Made by a program: the position numbers and the translations under genes. Below are positions 52,105-62,880 of a DNA stretch of 64,000 nt, piece by piece. The notes beneath the pieces are model-generated. The model did no database searches, was not told the origin of the DNA, and saw nothing but the letters and a program-made list of their open reading frames with translations. Numbering within the stretch: the stretch's first letter is position 1; each line of letters starts with the position of its first letter. This DNA is from Verrucomicrobiia bacterium. GTDB lineage: Bacteria > Verrucomicrobiota > Verrucomicrobiia > Limisphaerales > UBA1319. The stretch spans positions 4,352,001-4,416,000 of the forward strand of contig OY760937.1 of the NCBI GenBank assembly GCA_963664225.1, given 5' to 3'.

Positions 52105-53250
52105 TTACAATAACGGCAGTGTTACCGTAAACCGTGTTCCGTCATGAACAGTCGAAATGAAACTGACATGGCCTTTGAGATATTTCTCTGTCAGCAGTTT
52201 AACGCTATAGGTGCCCAACCCACGGCCTTCTCCCTTGGTGCTGTAAGACCGCTCGAAGATCTGAAGTTGCACCTCGCGAGGCATGACACCCGTGTTTGCC
52301 ACCCAAAAATGAATCTCCTGGCCGTCAATATCGCAACCGGCTGTGATTGCGCTGCCCATTGGGGTGGCTTCCAGGGCGTTCTTAATGAGATTCTCAAGGA
52401 TACGTTTGAGCAGGGTGCCATCCGTGACGAAGGAGACAGAAGCGGAGCGCGGGTGGAGAATGAGATTTCGACCTTCAGCCACTGGATGATACTGCAAAGT
52501 CGCCAGCGAGCGTTCCACTAATTGTCGGCTACTGCAGGGCTGTAAGTGAACCTCCAGCTCGCTATTTTCGGCGGCAGCAAGGTCCTTTTGAGTCAGAATT
52601 TCCTCCATCATCGAGTGCAGGCCCGCTTTGAGCAAACTGAGATCTCCCCGCAATTCGTGAGGAGCGCTTTCCTCAAGCACTTCCGCCAAGCCCTCCAGTC
52701 CTCCAGCGGAATTGATGATGTCATGGAAGAATATGCGCTCCAAGGCTCTGCGCCTCTTTTGATGGCTGATATCCGTGGCGGAGAAAATCGAGTAAACCTC
52801 GTTGTTGTGCATGAACGGAGCGGCATACACCAACAGGTCGAGGGATTCCGAGTTACAGTGAATCAACCGTGTCAGGCGACACTCTTCAAAGGTGGCTGTC
52901 CCGGATAAACTCTTGAGAATGGCACGAATGGCTCCACATTCACGGCAGTGCTCGGCGGTGCCGCAGCCCGCCTCCTTTTCATGCGCATGAATACATTGCA
53001 ACGCTTCGCCTGGACGTTGTCCCAACAGGCAATTGCAATCCTTTACTCCAGTCAATTTTTCCCAATTCTGGCTGGCAAAAACAATCTGCCGCTGCTCGTT
53101 TAAAATGAAAACCAACTGCATTGTGGAATTGGCTGCCGCCGGTCGCAGGGGCGAATCCATGACCGCCGCTGCCTGCCGTTGGATGACTTCAATGGAAACT
53201 CGCTCCGCCGGAGCGAATTCCGTAATTGGAATTTGGATGCTCATACCCAT
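52105..53250 (-). CDS. Soluble sensor histidine kinase with a Cys-rich PAS-like domain
   Basis: 'FFHDIIN', 'NLIKNALEA', 'STKGEGRGLG'; sensor motif C-x-H...GCG..xC-x2-C. Confidence 0.88.
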   Translation of the reverse strand: MGMSIQIPITEFAPAERVSIEVIQRQAAAVMDSPLRPAAANSTMQLVFILNEQRQIVFASQNWEKLTGVKDCNCLLGQRPGEALQCIHAHEKEAGCGTAEHCRECGAIRAILKSLSGTATFEECRLTRLIHCNSESLDLLVYAAPFMHNNEVYSIFSATDISHQKRRRALERIFFHDIINSAGGLEGLAEVLEESAPHELRGDLSLLKAGLHSMMEEILTQKDLAAAENSELEVHLQPCSSRQLVERSLATLQYHPVAEGRNLILHPRSASVSFVTDGTLLKRILENLIKNALEATPMGSAITAGCDIDGQEIHFWVANTGVMPREVQLQIFERSYSTKGEGRGLGTYSVKLLTEKYLKGHVSFISTVHDGTRFTVTLPLL

Positions 53251-53636
53251 GCGATCGCACTTCTTTACCGAGGCAGCGCCTGCCAGAACCCCACATTGAA
53301 CATGGGATTCAACAATGGAAAGTAAAAAACCCGCCACGCCGCCCGCCACACCAATAAATCAGTCATTCAATCATTGGACAGCGATGGATTAACTATTATT
53401 CAAATATAAAACAAGTAAATCTTATGAAAGCTCTCGTCATTGCATCGTTCCAAGTCATTAAAAATCCCTTGTTGTGCCCATTTTACCACGGACGTTCCTC
53501 ATCAATCTAGAGTGACAAGGAAGCCATTCTGGCGGTTGGACTTTTGTCTGACGACTCGGTGAATTGATCACGACATGATGCGAAGGCTGCCGAGATTGTG
53601 CCGGGGTATGTGGACCGTATCGGGGAATGAATCTCC

Positions 53637-54710
53637 ATGCTTGTCTCGGGCACGACTCCTGCTTATTATAACGATGTGAGTCATGATCTTCATGAGGAAC
53701 GAAAATCCTTAAGGATGGTTCCATGCGGCGGCTGTGGCGCCAATAATTTCGTCGCCGCAGATATACCCCCATTGTCCGCTGTTCCCTGTACGCGTTGTGG
53801 CGCGGCAATCATGATGCCGATGCGATTGCGCCAGTTTGAGTTGCGTGGCATTATAGGTGAGGGCGGCATGGGCACGGTTTATCGTTCCTGGGATACGACT
53901 CTGGATCGGGAAGTCGCTGTCAAATTGATGAAAAAGGAGCTTGTAGGGGATGTGCAAGCCATTGCGAACTTTTCGCGCGAGGCCCGTGCTTGCGCGGCGC
54001 TCAATCATACGAACATCATTCACATCTACACCTTCGACGAGCACGACGGCCAGTGGTTCATCGTCATGGAAATTGCCGACCGCGGCAGTCTGGACAGCCG
54101 GATCGAAAACGATAAAGTCGTGCCGGAACTATTGGTGTTGGATGTCGGCATCAAAGTGGCTTCGGCTTTGGCCTCCGCCCTCAAGCACAACCTACTGCAT
54201 CGTGATATCAAACCCGGGAATATTCTCTTTAACTCCGAAGGGGAACCCAAATTGGTCGATTTTGGCCTCGCGCGCAATACCGAGGCCAATGCAGAGGACG
54301 ATGGTGTGGTGTGGGGCACGCCTTATTATATTGCTCCCGAAAAGATTCGCCGCGAGCGCGAGGATTTTTTGTCCGACATGTACAGCCTGGCGGGCACCCT
54401 CTATCATGCGTTGACTGGCCACGTGCCTTTCGAAGCGCCAACAGTGGACGAAGTGGTTGCGGCTCAAGTGCATACGCCTTTGACACCTCCCAACCTTGTG
54501 GTTCCCGAGATCACTCAGGCGACCAGCGATGCCTTGGTATGCGCCATGGCGAAGCGGCCCGAAGATCGCTATCAGAGTTACGATGAATTCATCATGGCGT
54601 TAACCGCGTCGCGCAGCCAACTTCTGGTCAACCATTACCGTAATCAGGAACGTTCCACCACTGCCAGCGCCGACACTACTCCCAGCGGCAAAAGCTGGTG
54701 GCGTCTTTAG
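53637..54710 (+). CDS. Hanks-type Ser/Thr protein kinase with an N-terminal Zn ribbon
   Basis: GEGGMG, VAVK, HRDIKPGN, DFG, GTPYYIAPE; CGGC...CTRC; start uncertain. Confidence 0.92.
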   Translation: MLVSGTTPAYYNDVSHDLHEERKSLRMVPCGGCGANNFVAADIPPLSAVPCTRCGAAIMMPMRLRQFELRGIIGEGGMGTVYRSWDTTLDREVAVKLMKKELVGDVQAIANFSREARACAALNHTNIIHIYTFDEHDGQWFIVMEIADRGSLDSRIENDKVVPELLVLDVGIKVASALASALKHNLLHRDIKPGNILFNSEGEPKLVDFGLARNTEANAEDDGVVWGTPYYIAPEKIRREREDFLSDMYSLAGTLYHALTGHVPFEAPTVDEVVAAQVHTPLTPPNLVVPEITQATSDALVCAMAKRPEDRYQSYDEFIMALTASRSQLLVNHYRNQERSTTASADTTPSGKSWWRL

Positions 54711-54711
54711 T

Positions 54712-55638
54712 TCAGGGTTTGCTGCTTTTCTCGATTCTGGTTTTGAGCGCGTCGATGCGCTCCTGAACGGCATCTGGTGAAGCAGAGACGGATTTCCAGA
54801 CATTCATATATTCAAGGGCCCTCTGAAGATTTCCCGCAGTCTCTTCGAGCAATGCCAGTCTGGAGACGATTCTATCCAATGAAAACCGGTCTGGTTCCGC
54901 TTTCCCTGTTTCAATCGATCGCCACTTGCGCAAGGCGGCTTCGTAGAAATTCCGGGCCCGGTCGGGTTCCTTATGGTATTCCTCCTCAATCGTTCCGAGT
55001 TCGAAAAGGATTTCGTAACTGTCTGGATTGGCTTTCCACCCTTCCCGTAGAAACTGTTCGGCCTCGGTGTCTTTACCCATGTTTCGTCTGAGCCAAAAAG
55101 CTGTCGTGATATAGAGTTGGACCCTGTGTGGATCCAGTTCTGCGGCAATGCGCAGCCAGGGGAGAATTTCACGGGCTTCGCCGACTTTTTCCAGATGCAC
55201 ATGGCTTGAGGGATGAAAATAACGATCCATTCGATCGATCCAATTGGCGGGCGCTTTCATGAAGTCCGGCAAGTCGTCGTGGTCGTGTTCTTTATGGGAC
55301 GTCTGGCCCTCCCCAGGGCCTGTGGAAGGCTCCTTTTGTGATTCGGTCATCTCGGATTTGCCGTTTTTTTCAGTCCGGTCAAAGATGCTGGGATAAAATC
55401 CCGAGTGAAAATAGACGTCGGCGCGTTCGAAGAAATAGCCTGCAAACATTTCGCGACTGTCTCCGACAAGCACGTTCAACACGCTCGCCGAGTCGGCGCG
55501 TCCGCCAGCCCATTGTTGGAACCACACTTGCAGGCAGGTGGCGAGGGTGAAGCAAAGACTCAGCAGCAGCGCGATGAACCAGCCGATGGAAATCGGGACC
55601 GCGCTCCGAGTTGAGGATGTCCTGAATGTTGCAGCCAT
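54712..55638 (-). CDS. Membrane-anchored TPR protein
   Basis: N-terminal hydrophobic helix, 'ADVYFHSG', TPR-like helices; co-oriented with the ABC genes. Confidence 0.75.
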   Translation of the reverse strand: MAATFRTSSTRSAVPISIGWFIALLLSLCFTLATCLQVWFQQWAGGRADSASVLNVLVGDSREMFAGYFFERADVYFHSGFYPSIFDRTEKNGKSEMTESQKEPSTGPGEGQTSHKEHDHDDLPDFMKAPANWIDRMDRYFHPSSHVHLEKVGEAREILPWLRIAAELDPHRVQLYITTAFWLRRNMGKDTEAEQFLREGWKANPDSYEILFELGTIEEEYHKEPDRARNFYEAALRKWRSIETGKAEPDRFSLDRIVSRLALLEETAGNLQRALEYMNVWKSVSASPDAVQERIDALKTRIEKSSKP

Positions 55639-55640
55639 GG

Positions 55641-56417
55641 TCAATTCAATGCCTGCCGACGAAATATCAGCCAAGTGAGCATGAGAAACAACGCGGAATA
55701 AACTGCGGCATAAAGAGTTGCAACGCCACATGCCCACCACGGAATGAGTCCCCAATTATGGATGATCAGGTCGCGCACGTCGAAAAACTCAAGATGAGGA
55801 ATCGCAAAATATAGGACGGCGAGGATGGTTTGGGAGGGTTCGGCCATGCGCATGGCTACTTTATGCAAATGCCTTCCCAACAACAGTATGCCTGTTACAA
55901 TGATAAAGGTGATGGTGATGTTGGCCGAGACGGCGGAGTAGGTCACCGAACCCAGGAGAGTGAGGGCGATCACCACGGCAAGCATCCACCAATGCATCCA
56001 CAGGGCTTGAAAATAATTGACCAGGGGCCAATTGTGCTCGCGCGCGCCGCTCAGTATTGCAAAAAAGACGTAGAAAACGAGAAGCGCCAATCCACACGCG
56101 ATCCAGCATCCAAGGAATTTACCCACAATGACTTGCGCACGGCTAACAGGCTTGGCCAGAAGCGGAAAAATGGTTCGGTTTTCCTTTTCCGTTGGAAGTT
56201 GACGGGCGGCGGTGGCCATGGCGATGACCAGTGCGGATATCCAGATTAACAGGAGGCAGATCTCTTTGAGATAGCGTACGATACGATCGTCATTGAAGAA
56301 GTTGATCGATCCCATTCCCAGAGTCATCAAAGCGGTCAGGACGAACAGGACATAAAAATCTTTTCTCCTGTACAGTTCCTTGATGACGACCATTGAAATT
56401 GCCAGAACCGTATTCAT
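55641..56417 (-). CDS. ABC-2 type transporter permease
   Basis: 'E.ENRTIFPLLAKPVSR...GKFLG', six hydrophobic segments. Confidence 0.88.
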   Translation of the reverse strand: MNTVLAISMVVIKELYRRKDFYVLFVLTALMTLGMGSINFFNDDRIVRYLKEICLLLIWISALVIAMATAARQLPTEKENRTIFPLLAKPVSRAQVIVGKFLGCWIACGLALLVFYVFFAILSGAREHNWPLVNYFQALWMHWWMLAVVIALTLLGSVTYSAVSANITITFIIVTGILLLGRHLHKVAMRMAEPSQTILAVLYFAIPHLEFFDVRDLIIHNWGLIPWWACGVATLYAAVYSALFLMLTWLIFRRQALN

Positions 56418-56423
56418 TGATGA

Positions 56424-57170
56424 TTAAGCCTTTACGTAACCGATTATTTTTAGGAAGGCCTGTTCCAGGTTGGTCTGGTATTGGGCCATCAACTCATCCA
56501 CCCGACCCGCAACCTTGAGTTGGCCATTGTGGAGAATGGCCACGCGGTCGCAGACGGTTTCCACTTCGCCAAGTTCGTGCGATGAGAAAAAGACGGTTTT
56601 GCCCTCGTCCTTCAATCGTTGGATAATTTCACGTACTTTCATGCGTCCCAAAGGATCGAGGCCGCTGGTGGGTTCATCCAGTATCAGCAGGTCGGGTTGG
56701 TTGATGAGGGCCTGGGCCAGGCCGACGCGTTGCTGCATGCCTTTGGAATAGGTCTTGATGGGGCGTTTTCGGGCGTGATCCAGTTCGACCAGTTTGAGGA
56801 CCTGCTCGATGCGGTTTTCAGCGTCCGAAGGGGGAATTTTAAAGATGCGCGCGTAAAATCGGAGCAGTTCCTCGGCTGTGAGGAATTTGTAGTAATAGGT
56901 CAATTCGGGCAGATAACCAATACGTTGGCGCGCAATGGGATCCCGGACGTTGACTCCAAAAAGATAGGCATTTCCACCAGAAGGATTTACAAATCCAAGA
57001 AGGACATTCATGGTGGTGGTTTTCCCGGCGCCATTCGGACCCAAAAAGCCGAAGACTTCCCCTTGGTTGACGGATAGGGAAAGGCCCGCCAGCGCTATTT
57101 TGTCGCCGCCGGCGCCATTGCGGGTTTTAAAAACCACGCGCAACTGATCCAGTTGAATTACTTCGTTCAT
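56424..57170 (-). CDS. ABC transporter ATP-binding protein
   Basis: GPNGAGKTT, YSKGM, LDEPTSGLDP, SSH. Confidence 0.93.
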   Translation of the reverse strand: MNEVIQLDQLRVVFKTRNGAGGDKIALAGLSLSVNQGEVFGFLGPNGAGKTTTMNVLLGFVNPSGGNAYLFGVNVRDPIARQRIGYLPELTYYYKFLTAEELLRFYARIFKIPPSDAENRIEQVLKLVELDHARKRPIKTYSKGMQQRVGLAQALINQPDLLILDEPTSGLDPLGRMKVREIIQRLKDEGKTVFFSSHELGEVETVCDRVAILHNGQLKVAGRVDELMAQYQTNLEQAFLKIIGYVKA

Positions 57171-57483
57171 TTGTTCAAACCATGTTCAGTTGAGGCCTTC
57201 TTATAAGCAAACTACGGATTTAGGCAATCGAAAGAAGCGATTTCGGATGCAGTTTGCGAATAAACATACGGTGACCGGATTTGAAGGGAGGAGTAAAAGA
57301 GTCAATGCGTCGCTCATTGGATGAAATAGCCAGCAAAATGTTTATTTTTGGGGCTGGCCTAAAAATGTACACTGCAGGCTTGCATTTATTTTTAAAAACG
57401 CTAAATTTTGAGCTAACCTGTTCCTTCAATGTAGTTAAACAACCGATAAAAAGCTGACCTAATCCGAGACTAAGGAGAAATAT

Positions 57484-60400
57484 ATGATGAAAAAATGGAG
57501 TTATCGCGCAATGGTGCGAACGACTCTGAAAACATTGGGTGTTGCCATGCTGATGCCTGCCGCCGCTCTTCAAGCGCAGGTCTATCCGCTAGACTACGGG
57601 CAAACCGTCAATGGTTATCAGGAGCAGTTCGATGGTACCACGCTTAGCAGCGCCTGGCAGGTGGTGAATTCGGGCAATACTGCCAATGTCTATACCTTGA
57701 ATGGCAAGGGCGTGCTTCATGTCGGCACAGTGGCTGGGGATCCCAACCATCTTTTGCTTACGGGGCCAACATATGACCACAACAACCAGGAAGTGCTCGC
57801 GCGCTTTCGTGTGACCAATTTCGGCACTGGGGATGGTCCTCGTGGCGGTATTGGTGTGGCGGTTACGGCCGCCGCCGGCGGTGATTTCAGCCGCGGCATC
57901 GATTATCACTTCCGTGATTTCAATGAAAACGGTCTGACAGGAAAACACCTTCGATTCCTGGACGATTTGCGCTCCTGGGGTAATAATGGCGATTTCAAAT
58001 GGGAACAGGGCGCCTGGTACTGGATGCGCGTGGCGCACACCAACACCAGTGGCAGCACTGGCACCCCCACGGCTTATGGTAAAATCTGGGCTGCGGACGG
58101 TTTGACACCGGAACCCGCAGACTGGATGACGGTTTGGGCTTACACCTCGACTCCTCCGCGCACCGGTTTTGCCGGCCTTACGGCGGGCAGCGCCAGCGGG
58201 CAGGCGGAGTTCGAATGCGATTATTTCCTCTTGAAGTCCGCTGGTCTTCCTTCCCTTACAGTGGCTCCGACCGCCGCTCCGCCGGAAATCTCGGGAATGG
58301 TTCCTGACAACCGGGTTTCCTATGTGGCGACCAATGCGACGGTCACTTTCAATGCGAAGTCCACCGTGGGCATCGGCACTACAGGGATCAGCCTGACCGT
58401 CAACGGCGTCAGTCAGACGGCTGGTTTGGTGATTGGCGGTTCCGCCAGCCTGCGCACGGTTTCTGTGCCGCTTTCCCTCGAGTACAACAAGGTTTATACA
58501 ATCGTGGCGAGGGTGTTCAGCGTGGATGGCCAGGATTCAAGCCTTTCATGGTCCTTTGACACCATGAAACAGGACAACTTCAGCATCGAAGCCGAAGATT
58601 TCAATTATGAATCCGGAAAGTATGCTGATAATCCGCCCATTGGCACTTTGTCACCTTATATTAACAAGGTAGGCACACGCGGGATCGACGAGAACGATCC
58701 CACCGAAGGCGGTGCAAACCATGATTACCGCGCATACGACACCGCCACGCAAACAGGTGAAATCGTTGGAACAAAAACAATGGTATCTGAGATCGTTCGC
58801 CAGGTTTATGTGGATGCTCAAACCGCAGGCGATGCATTGGCCATTGATTACGCGGTGGGCTGGATTGACGACCAGGAATGGCTCAACTACACCCGCACGT
58901 TCCCCGCTGGAACATTCCAACCCTACGCCCGCATTTCCTCCAGCGCCGACAGTGTGACGCGCCTGGATTGGGTGACCAGCAGCGCCACCGCTGCCAACCA
59001 GACCACCTCTCCGGCGGGTCTCGTTTTAGTGCCCAATGTGGGTTCCAACGAGATCTTTGCCTTCAGGCCTCTTACGGATGCCTTTGGTAACATGATCATT
59101 CAGCGCCTTACCGCTGGTGTGAAAACGCTCCGTTTTACGAAACTCTCTGGTTCCGTTGACGTGAACTTCTTCTCGTTAGTGCCTGTCGCGGACCCCGGCA
59201 CATTGACTCCGTTTGTATCGCAAGTTTACCCGGCGCCGAACGCAACGGGTATCACGCCTATTGCGGATGTCGTTGCCACGATCACGGATCGTGACACCAA
59301 GGTCAACGCTTCCACGGTGCAGATGACATTCGACACCAACGATGTGACGTCCTTGTTGCAGAAGGCCACCGTCTCCGGCGCCCTGCAGGTCACCTATACA
59401 TCGACGAACATCTTTCCTGCGAGCAGCGTGCATACCGTGACGCTGATCTATGCGGATAACGCGGCCACGCCGAACAAGTTCACCAACACCTGGCAATTCA
59501 CGGTCACAGGGACCTACTCAATTCTCCCCGTTGCGGACGCCAAGGCGGTGGGAACCGGCCTGACCCCTGGATTCACGACCCGTCTGGTCCAGACCAGCAA
59601 CGGCAGCGCGAATACGACCCAATGGACAGAAGACACCCTGGCGGGTGTGTATCCGATCATCTACAGTTCTGCGGATTTCTCATCCCAGGTGATCAATTAT
59701 AACGGCAATGGCAGCTCGGGCAACTTCGGGAGCGATACGCTCTTCTCGACGGCGTTTGGCGCGGGCATTGTGGACGCGAGTGCGGCCAACCTGGCAACGG
59801 AAACCGTGACTTATCTCGCCCTCAAACGCGGGTTCTACCGCATGGGTGTGAACAGCGATGACGGCTTCCGGGTGACCGAAGGCTCACTGCCCGGGAATTC
59901 CGGTGAGAAGATCGGCACGGTTCTCGGAGAATTCAGCGGCGGTCGTGGTGCTACTGACACGACCTTCGACTTCGTGGCTCCGGTGGATGGTGTCTATCCG
60001 TTCCGTCTGACGTATGAACAGGGCGGTGGCGGTTTCGGCTTCGAGTGGTTCTCGGTGGATCCCGTGACCGGCGTTCGCACGCTGATCAACGATCCGGCCA
60101 ATGCGAACTCGATCAAGGCCTATCGCTTCAACTCCACCTTGACGGCTCCGGATTATGTGGTGAGTATTAGTGCGAATCTTCCTCCCACACTGACGGTGGT
60201 CGAAAATACCAAGCTTTCGCTTTCCGCGTCAGCCACGGCGACCATTTTAGGCAATGTCATCACGAACAACGTGTTGTTCGTCTATCACTGGACCAAGGAC
60301 GGCGCCGAGATCACGGGTGATACCGCCATCAAGGGAGTAACCGGCCCAGTCTTGAGCATCGACCTGGCTCAACTGTACCAGGGTGGCCTCTATCAGTGCG

Positions 60401-62703
60401 AAGTTTCGCTCCCTGGTTTCCCGTCCATCAAGAGCACGGCCTGCCAGGTGACCGTTGCGCCTGATAATGTGGTTCCTACTGTGACTTCAATCCACGGAAG
60501 TGCCACGTTGAATACCATCACGATCAACTTCTCGGAGCCTCTCAATGCCGCCACACTGGTGGCGTCGTCCTTCTCGGTCGATGGCGGGCTTACGATTACA
60601 GCGGTGACGCCGACTGTGGATCCCAACTTTGGCACCACAACGCAGGTGGTTCTGACCACCGTTCCCCAGACCGAAGGCAAGCTCTACACCGTGAACATCA
60701 ACAACGTGACCGACGCTGTTGGCAACCCGATGGTTAATGTGAAGGCCTCCTTCAACGCTTATGTGACGGATTCTGCGGTCAAGCTCGTCATTGAGTTCTA
60801 TGACAGCATTGGCAGTCTTAGTGCGTTGACGAATAGCGTCAAGTACCAGGCCAGCACACCGGACCGGGTAATCGCCGCTCCCGACTTCCAGACTCCGGGC
60901 TGGGAATTTGGTGACAACTACGGCGCGCGTCTCGCCAGTGTGGTGACCGCTCCCGTCTCCGGAAATTACCGGTTCTACATCGCTTCCGATGACAGCAGCC
61001 AGCTCTATGTGAGCTCGGACGATACTATCGGCAACTGGATTCCAAACGCCACGACAGGTGACGCGTTCGTTGCCTATGTGAATGGCGCGACAGGCCAACG
61101 CGAATGGGGTAATGCAGCTGCTCATCCTTCGGACTTGATTCCGCTGGTTGCGGGTCAGAAATATTACATCATGGCGATCTATCAAGAGGGCGGTGGTGGC
61201 GATGGTTGCGCCGTGGGTTGGGTTCTTCCAGGTGCAAACACGAACATCGTGGTCATTCCTGGCAGCGCCATGGGTTCACAACGGGTCGATCCCGGCTTGG
61301 CCAGCATCAAGATCGGTCAGCAGCCTGTGGCTGTGACGGTGACAGAAAACCGCCCGGCGAGTTTCTCGCTGACGGTGACGAACGCCACATCGCAGTTCAG
61401 TCAGACCGAGACGGTGACCTATCAATGGCAGCGTAATGGTGTGAATGTGGCCAGCAATGGCAACAGCGCCACCTACACGATTCCATTGGCTCAAATCGCC
61501 GACAGCGGCACCTTCCAAGCTGTGGTGCATGTTCCTGGTCTGAGCGTGACAAGCGCCCCGGCCGTTTTGACGGTGACTGCAGATTCAGCCGCCCCGGTGG
61601 TTGTTTCGGCGGGAACATTGACAAGCGCACCCACAACTGTCGGTGTGTTGTTTGACGAGTTGGTGGATCCTGCAAGCGCAGCGGTCGCCGCAAACTACAC
61701 GGTGTCGGGAGCGACTGTTACCAGTGCAACACTGCTGCCCAACCTCAAATCAGTGGCCCTGGCTTTGAACGCGGCTGTCGTGAGCGGCGCCACGGTTAAA
61801 GTGGATGGCGTGAAGGATCTTGTGGCCAATACGGCAGCGAATACCACAGGGACCATCATATTCAATGATCTCACGTCCAAGGATGTGGGCACAGTCAATC
61901 CGACCAACAGCGCGCTCTTCAGCGATCCCATATATGTGGGTTCGACGGTCGCGCTCGGTCAGGGCGTGTTCACGGTCAAAGCCGGCGGTTCCGACATTTG
62001 GGAAACGCATGATGGCTTCCACTTCACCTATAAAGAAGTGACTGGCGACTTCGAAGCGAAGGTTCGCGTTGAAAGCCTGCTGTTCACCTCCACATGGTCG
62101 AAGGCTGGCTTGATGATTCGCGAGTCCCTGGATATGGGTTCACGTAACTACAACACCGTGGTCGATCCGACCGCAGGTGCCAATGTCTGGGAGCCGAACT
62201 ACCGTGCCGAGACAAACGGTGCCAGCGCAAATGCCCCGGGTGAAATCGCCCGTGTCACTCCTGTGAGCTATCCCAACGCGTGGATCAAGCTGACCCGCGT
62301 CGGACAGGTGGTTACGTCCTTCAAGAGCACCAACGGTGTGGATTGGGTACAGTTGGCTTCTGTCACGATCAGCACAAACAACCCATATCCGGCGAAGATG
62401 CTGGTGGGTCTGTGCGCCACGGCTCATGACAATGGCGGCACGAACACGGTGGCTGAGTTCCGCGACTACTCGCTGACGACGGGCGGAACGGTGGAAACAC
62501 CGACGATGACGGCCAAACGGTCCACGACCAACCTGGTCATTACCTGGGATGCCACGCAGGGTGCTGGCTTCCAGCTCTACAGCTCAGCCACGATCCTTGG
62601 AACGTGGGCTGTTGAAGCAACCGCTCCTGTGACCGCCAACGGGGTGGTTACGGTGACATTACCGGCTACGAGCGGTAATAAGTACTTCCAACTGAGGAAG
62701 TAA
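57484..62703 (+). CDS. Large secreted modular protein (lectin-like, CBM-like, two PA14, Ig-like domains, C-terminal beta domain)
   Basis: Signal peptide; 'IEAEDFN...EWLNYT'; PA14 motifs 'NSDDG...EQGGG' and 'ASDD...QEGGGGD'; 'YQWQRNG...DSGTF' Ig; 'KAGLMIRES' lectin-like domain. Confidence 0.85.
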   Translation: MMKKWSYRAMVRTTLKTLGVAMLMPAAALQAQVYPLDYGQTVNGYQEQFDGTTLSSAWQVVNSGNTANVYTLNGKGVLHVGTVAGDPNHLLLTGPTYDHNNQEVLARFRVTNFGTGDGPRGGIGVAVTAAAGGDFSRGIDYHFRDFNENGLTGKHLRFLDDLRSWGNNGDFKWEQGAWYWMRVAHTNTSGSTGTPTAYGKIWAADGLTPEPADWMTVWAYTSTPPRTGFAGLTAGSASGQAEFECDYFLLKSAGLPSLTVAPTAAPPEISGMVPDNRVSYVATNATVTFNAKSTVGIGTTGISLTVNGVSQTAGLVIGGSASLRTVSVPLSLEYNKVYTIVARVFSVDGQDSSLSWSFDTMKQDNFSIEAEDFNYESGKYADNPPIGTLSPYINKVGTRGIDENDPTEGGANHDYRAYDTATQTGEIVGTKTMVSEIVRQVYVDAQTAGDALAIDYAVGWIDDQEWLNYTRTFPAGTFQPYARISSSADSVTRLDWVTSSATAANQTTSPAGLVLVPNVGSNEIFAFRPLTDAFGNMIIQRLTAGVKTLRFTKLSGSVDVNFFSLVPVADPGTLTPFVSQVYPAPNATGITPIADVVATITDRDTKVNASTVQMTFDTNDVTSLLQKATVSGALQVTYTSTNIFPASSVHTVTLIYADNAATPNKFTNTWQFTVTGTYSILPVADAKAVGTGLTPGFTTRLVQTSNGSANTTQWTEDTLAGVYPIIYSSADFSSQVINYNGNGSSGNFGSDTLFSTAFGAGIVDASAANLATETVTYLALKRGFYRMGVNSDDGFRVTEGSLPGNSGEKIGTVLGEFSGGRGATDTTFDFVAPVDGVYPFRLTYEQGGGGFGFEWFSVDPVTGVRTLINDPANANSIKAYRFNSTLTAPDYVVSISANLPPTLTVVENTKLSLSASATATILGNVITNNVLFVYHWTKDGAEITGDTAIKGVTGPVLSIDLAQLYQGGLYQCEVSLPGFPSIKSTACQVTVAPDNVVPTVTSIHGSATLNTITINFSEPLNAATLVASSFSVDGGLTITAVTPTVDPNFGTTTQVVLTTVPQTEGKLYTVNINNVTDAVGNPMVNVKASFNAYVTDSAVKLVIEFYDSIGSLSALTNSVKYQASTPDRVIAAPDFQTPGWEFGDNYGARLASVVTAPVSGNYRFYIASDDSSQLYVSSDDTIGNWIPNATTGDAFVAYVNGATGQREWGNAAAHPSDLIPLVAGQKYYIMAIYQEGGGGDGCAVGWVLPGANTNIVVIPGSAMGSQRVDPGLASIKIGQQPVAVTVTENRPASFSLTVTNATSQFSQTETVTYQWQRNGVNVASNGNSATYTIPLAQIADSGTFQAVVHVPGLSVTSAPAVLTVTADSAAPVVVSAGTLTSAPTTVGVLFDELVDPASAAVAANYTVSGATVTSATLLPNLKSVALALNAAVVSGATVKVDGVKDLVANTAANTTGTIIFNDLTSKDVGTVNPTNSALFSDPIYVGSTVALGQGVFTVKAGGSDIWETHDGFHFTYKEVTGDFEAKVRVESLLFTSTWSKAGLMIRESLDMGSRNYNTVVDPTAGANVWEPNYRAETNGASANAPGEIARVTPVSYPNAWIKLTRVGQVVTSFKSTNGVDWVQLASVTISTNNPYPAKMLVGLCATAHDNGGTNTVAEFRDYSLTTGGTVETPTMTAKRSTTNLVITWDATQGAGFQLYSSATILGTWAVEATAPVTANGVVTVTLPATSGNKYFQLRK

Positions 62704-62734
62704 ACCCGGGATAACCGGATTAACTTAAATCACG

Positions 62735-62767
62735 AGAGGCCGGACTTTCAAAAGTCCGGCCTCTTTT
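62735..62767 (+). terminator. Intrinsic terminator
   Basis: AGAGGCCGGACTTT-CA-AAAGTCCGGCCTCT followed by Ts. Confidence 0.85.
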
Positions 62768-62880
62768 ATGTACGCGTGAATGTGCGGACATTTTAGTCGA
62801 AATCCATCTGGACGTTGTTGGTGAGTTGGATTAAACCAATGCTCACAACCATGGCGGGCCCATTGGAATTGCAGCTCTAT

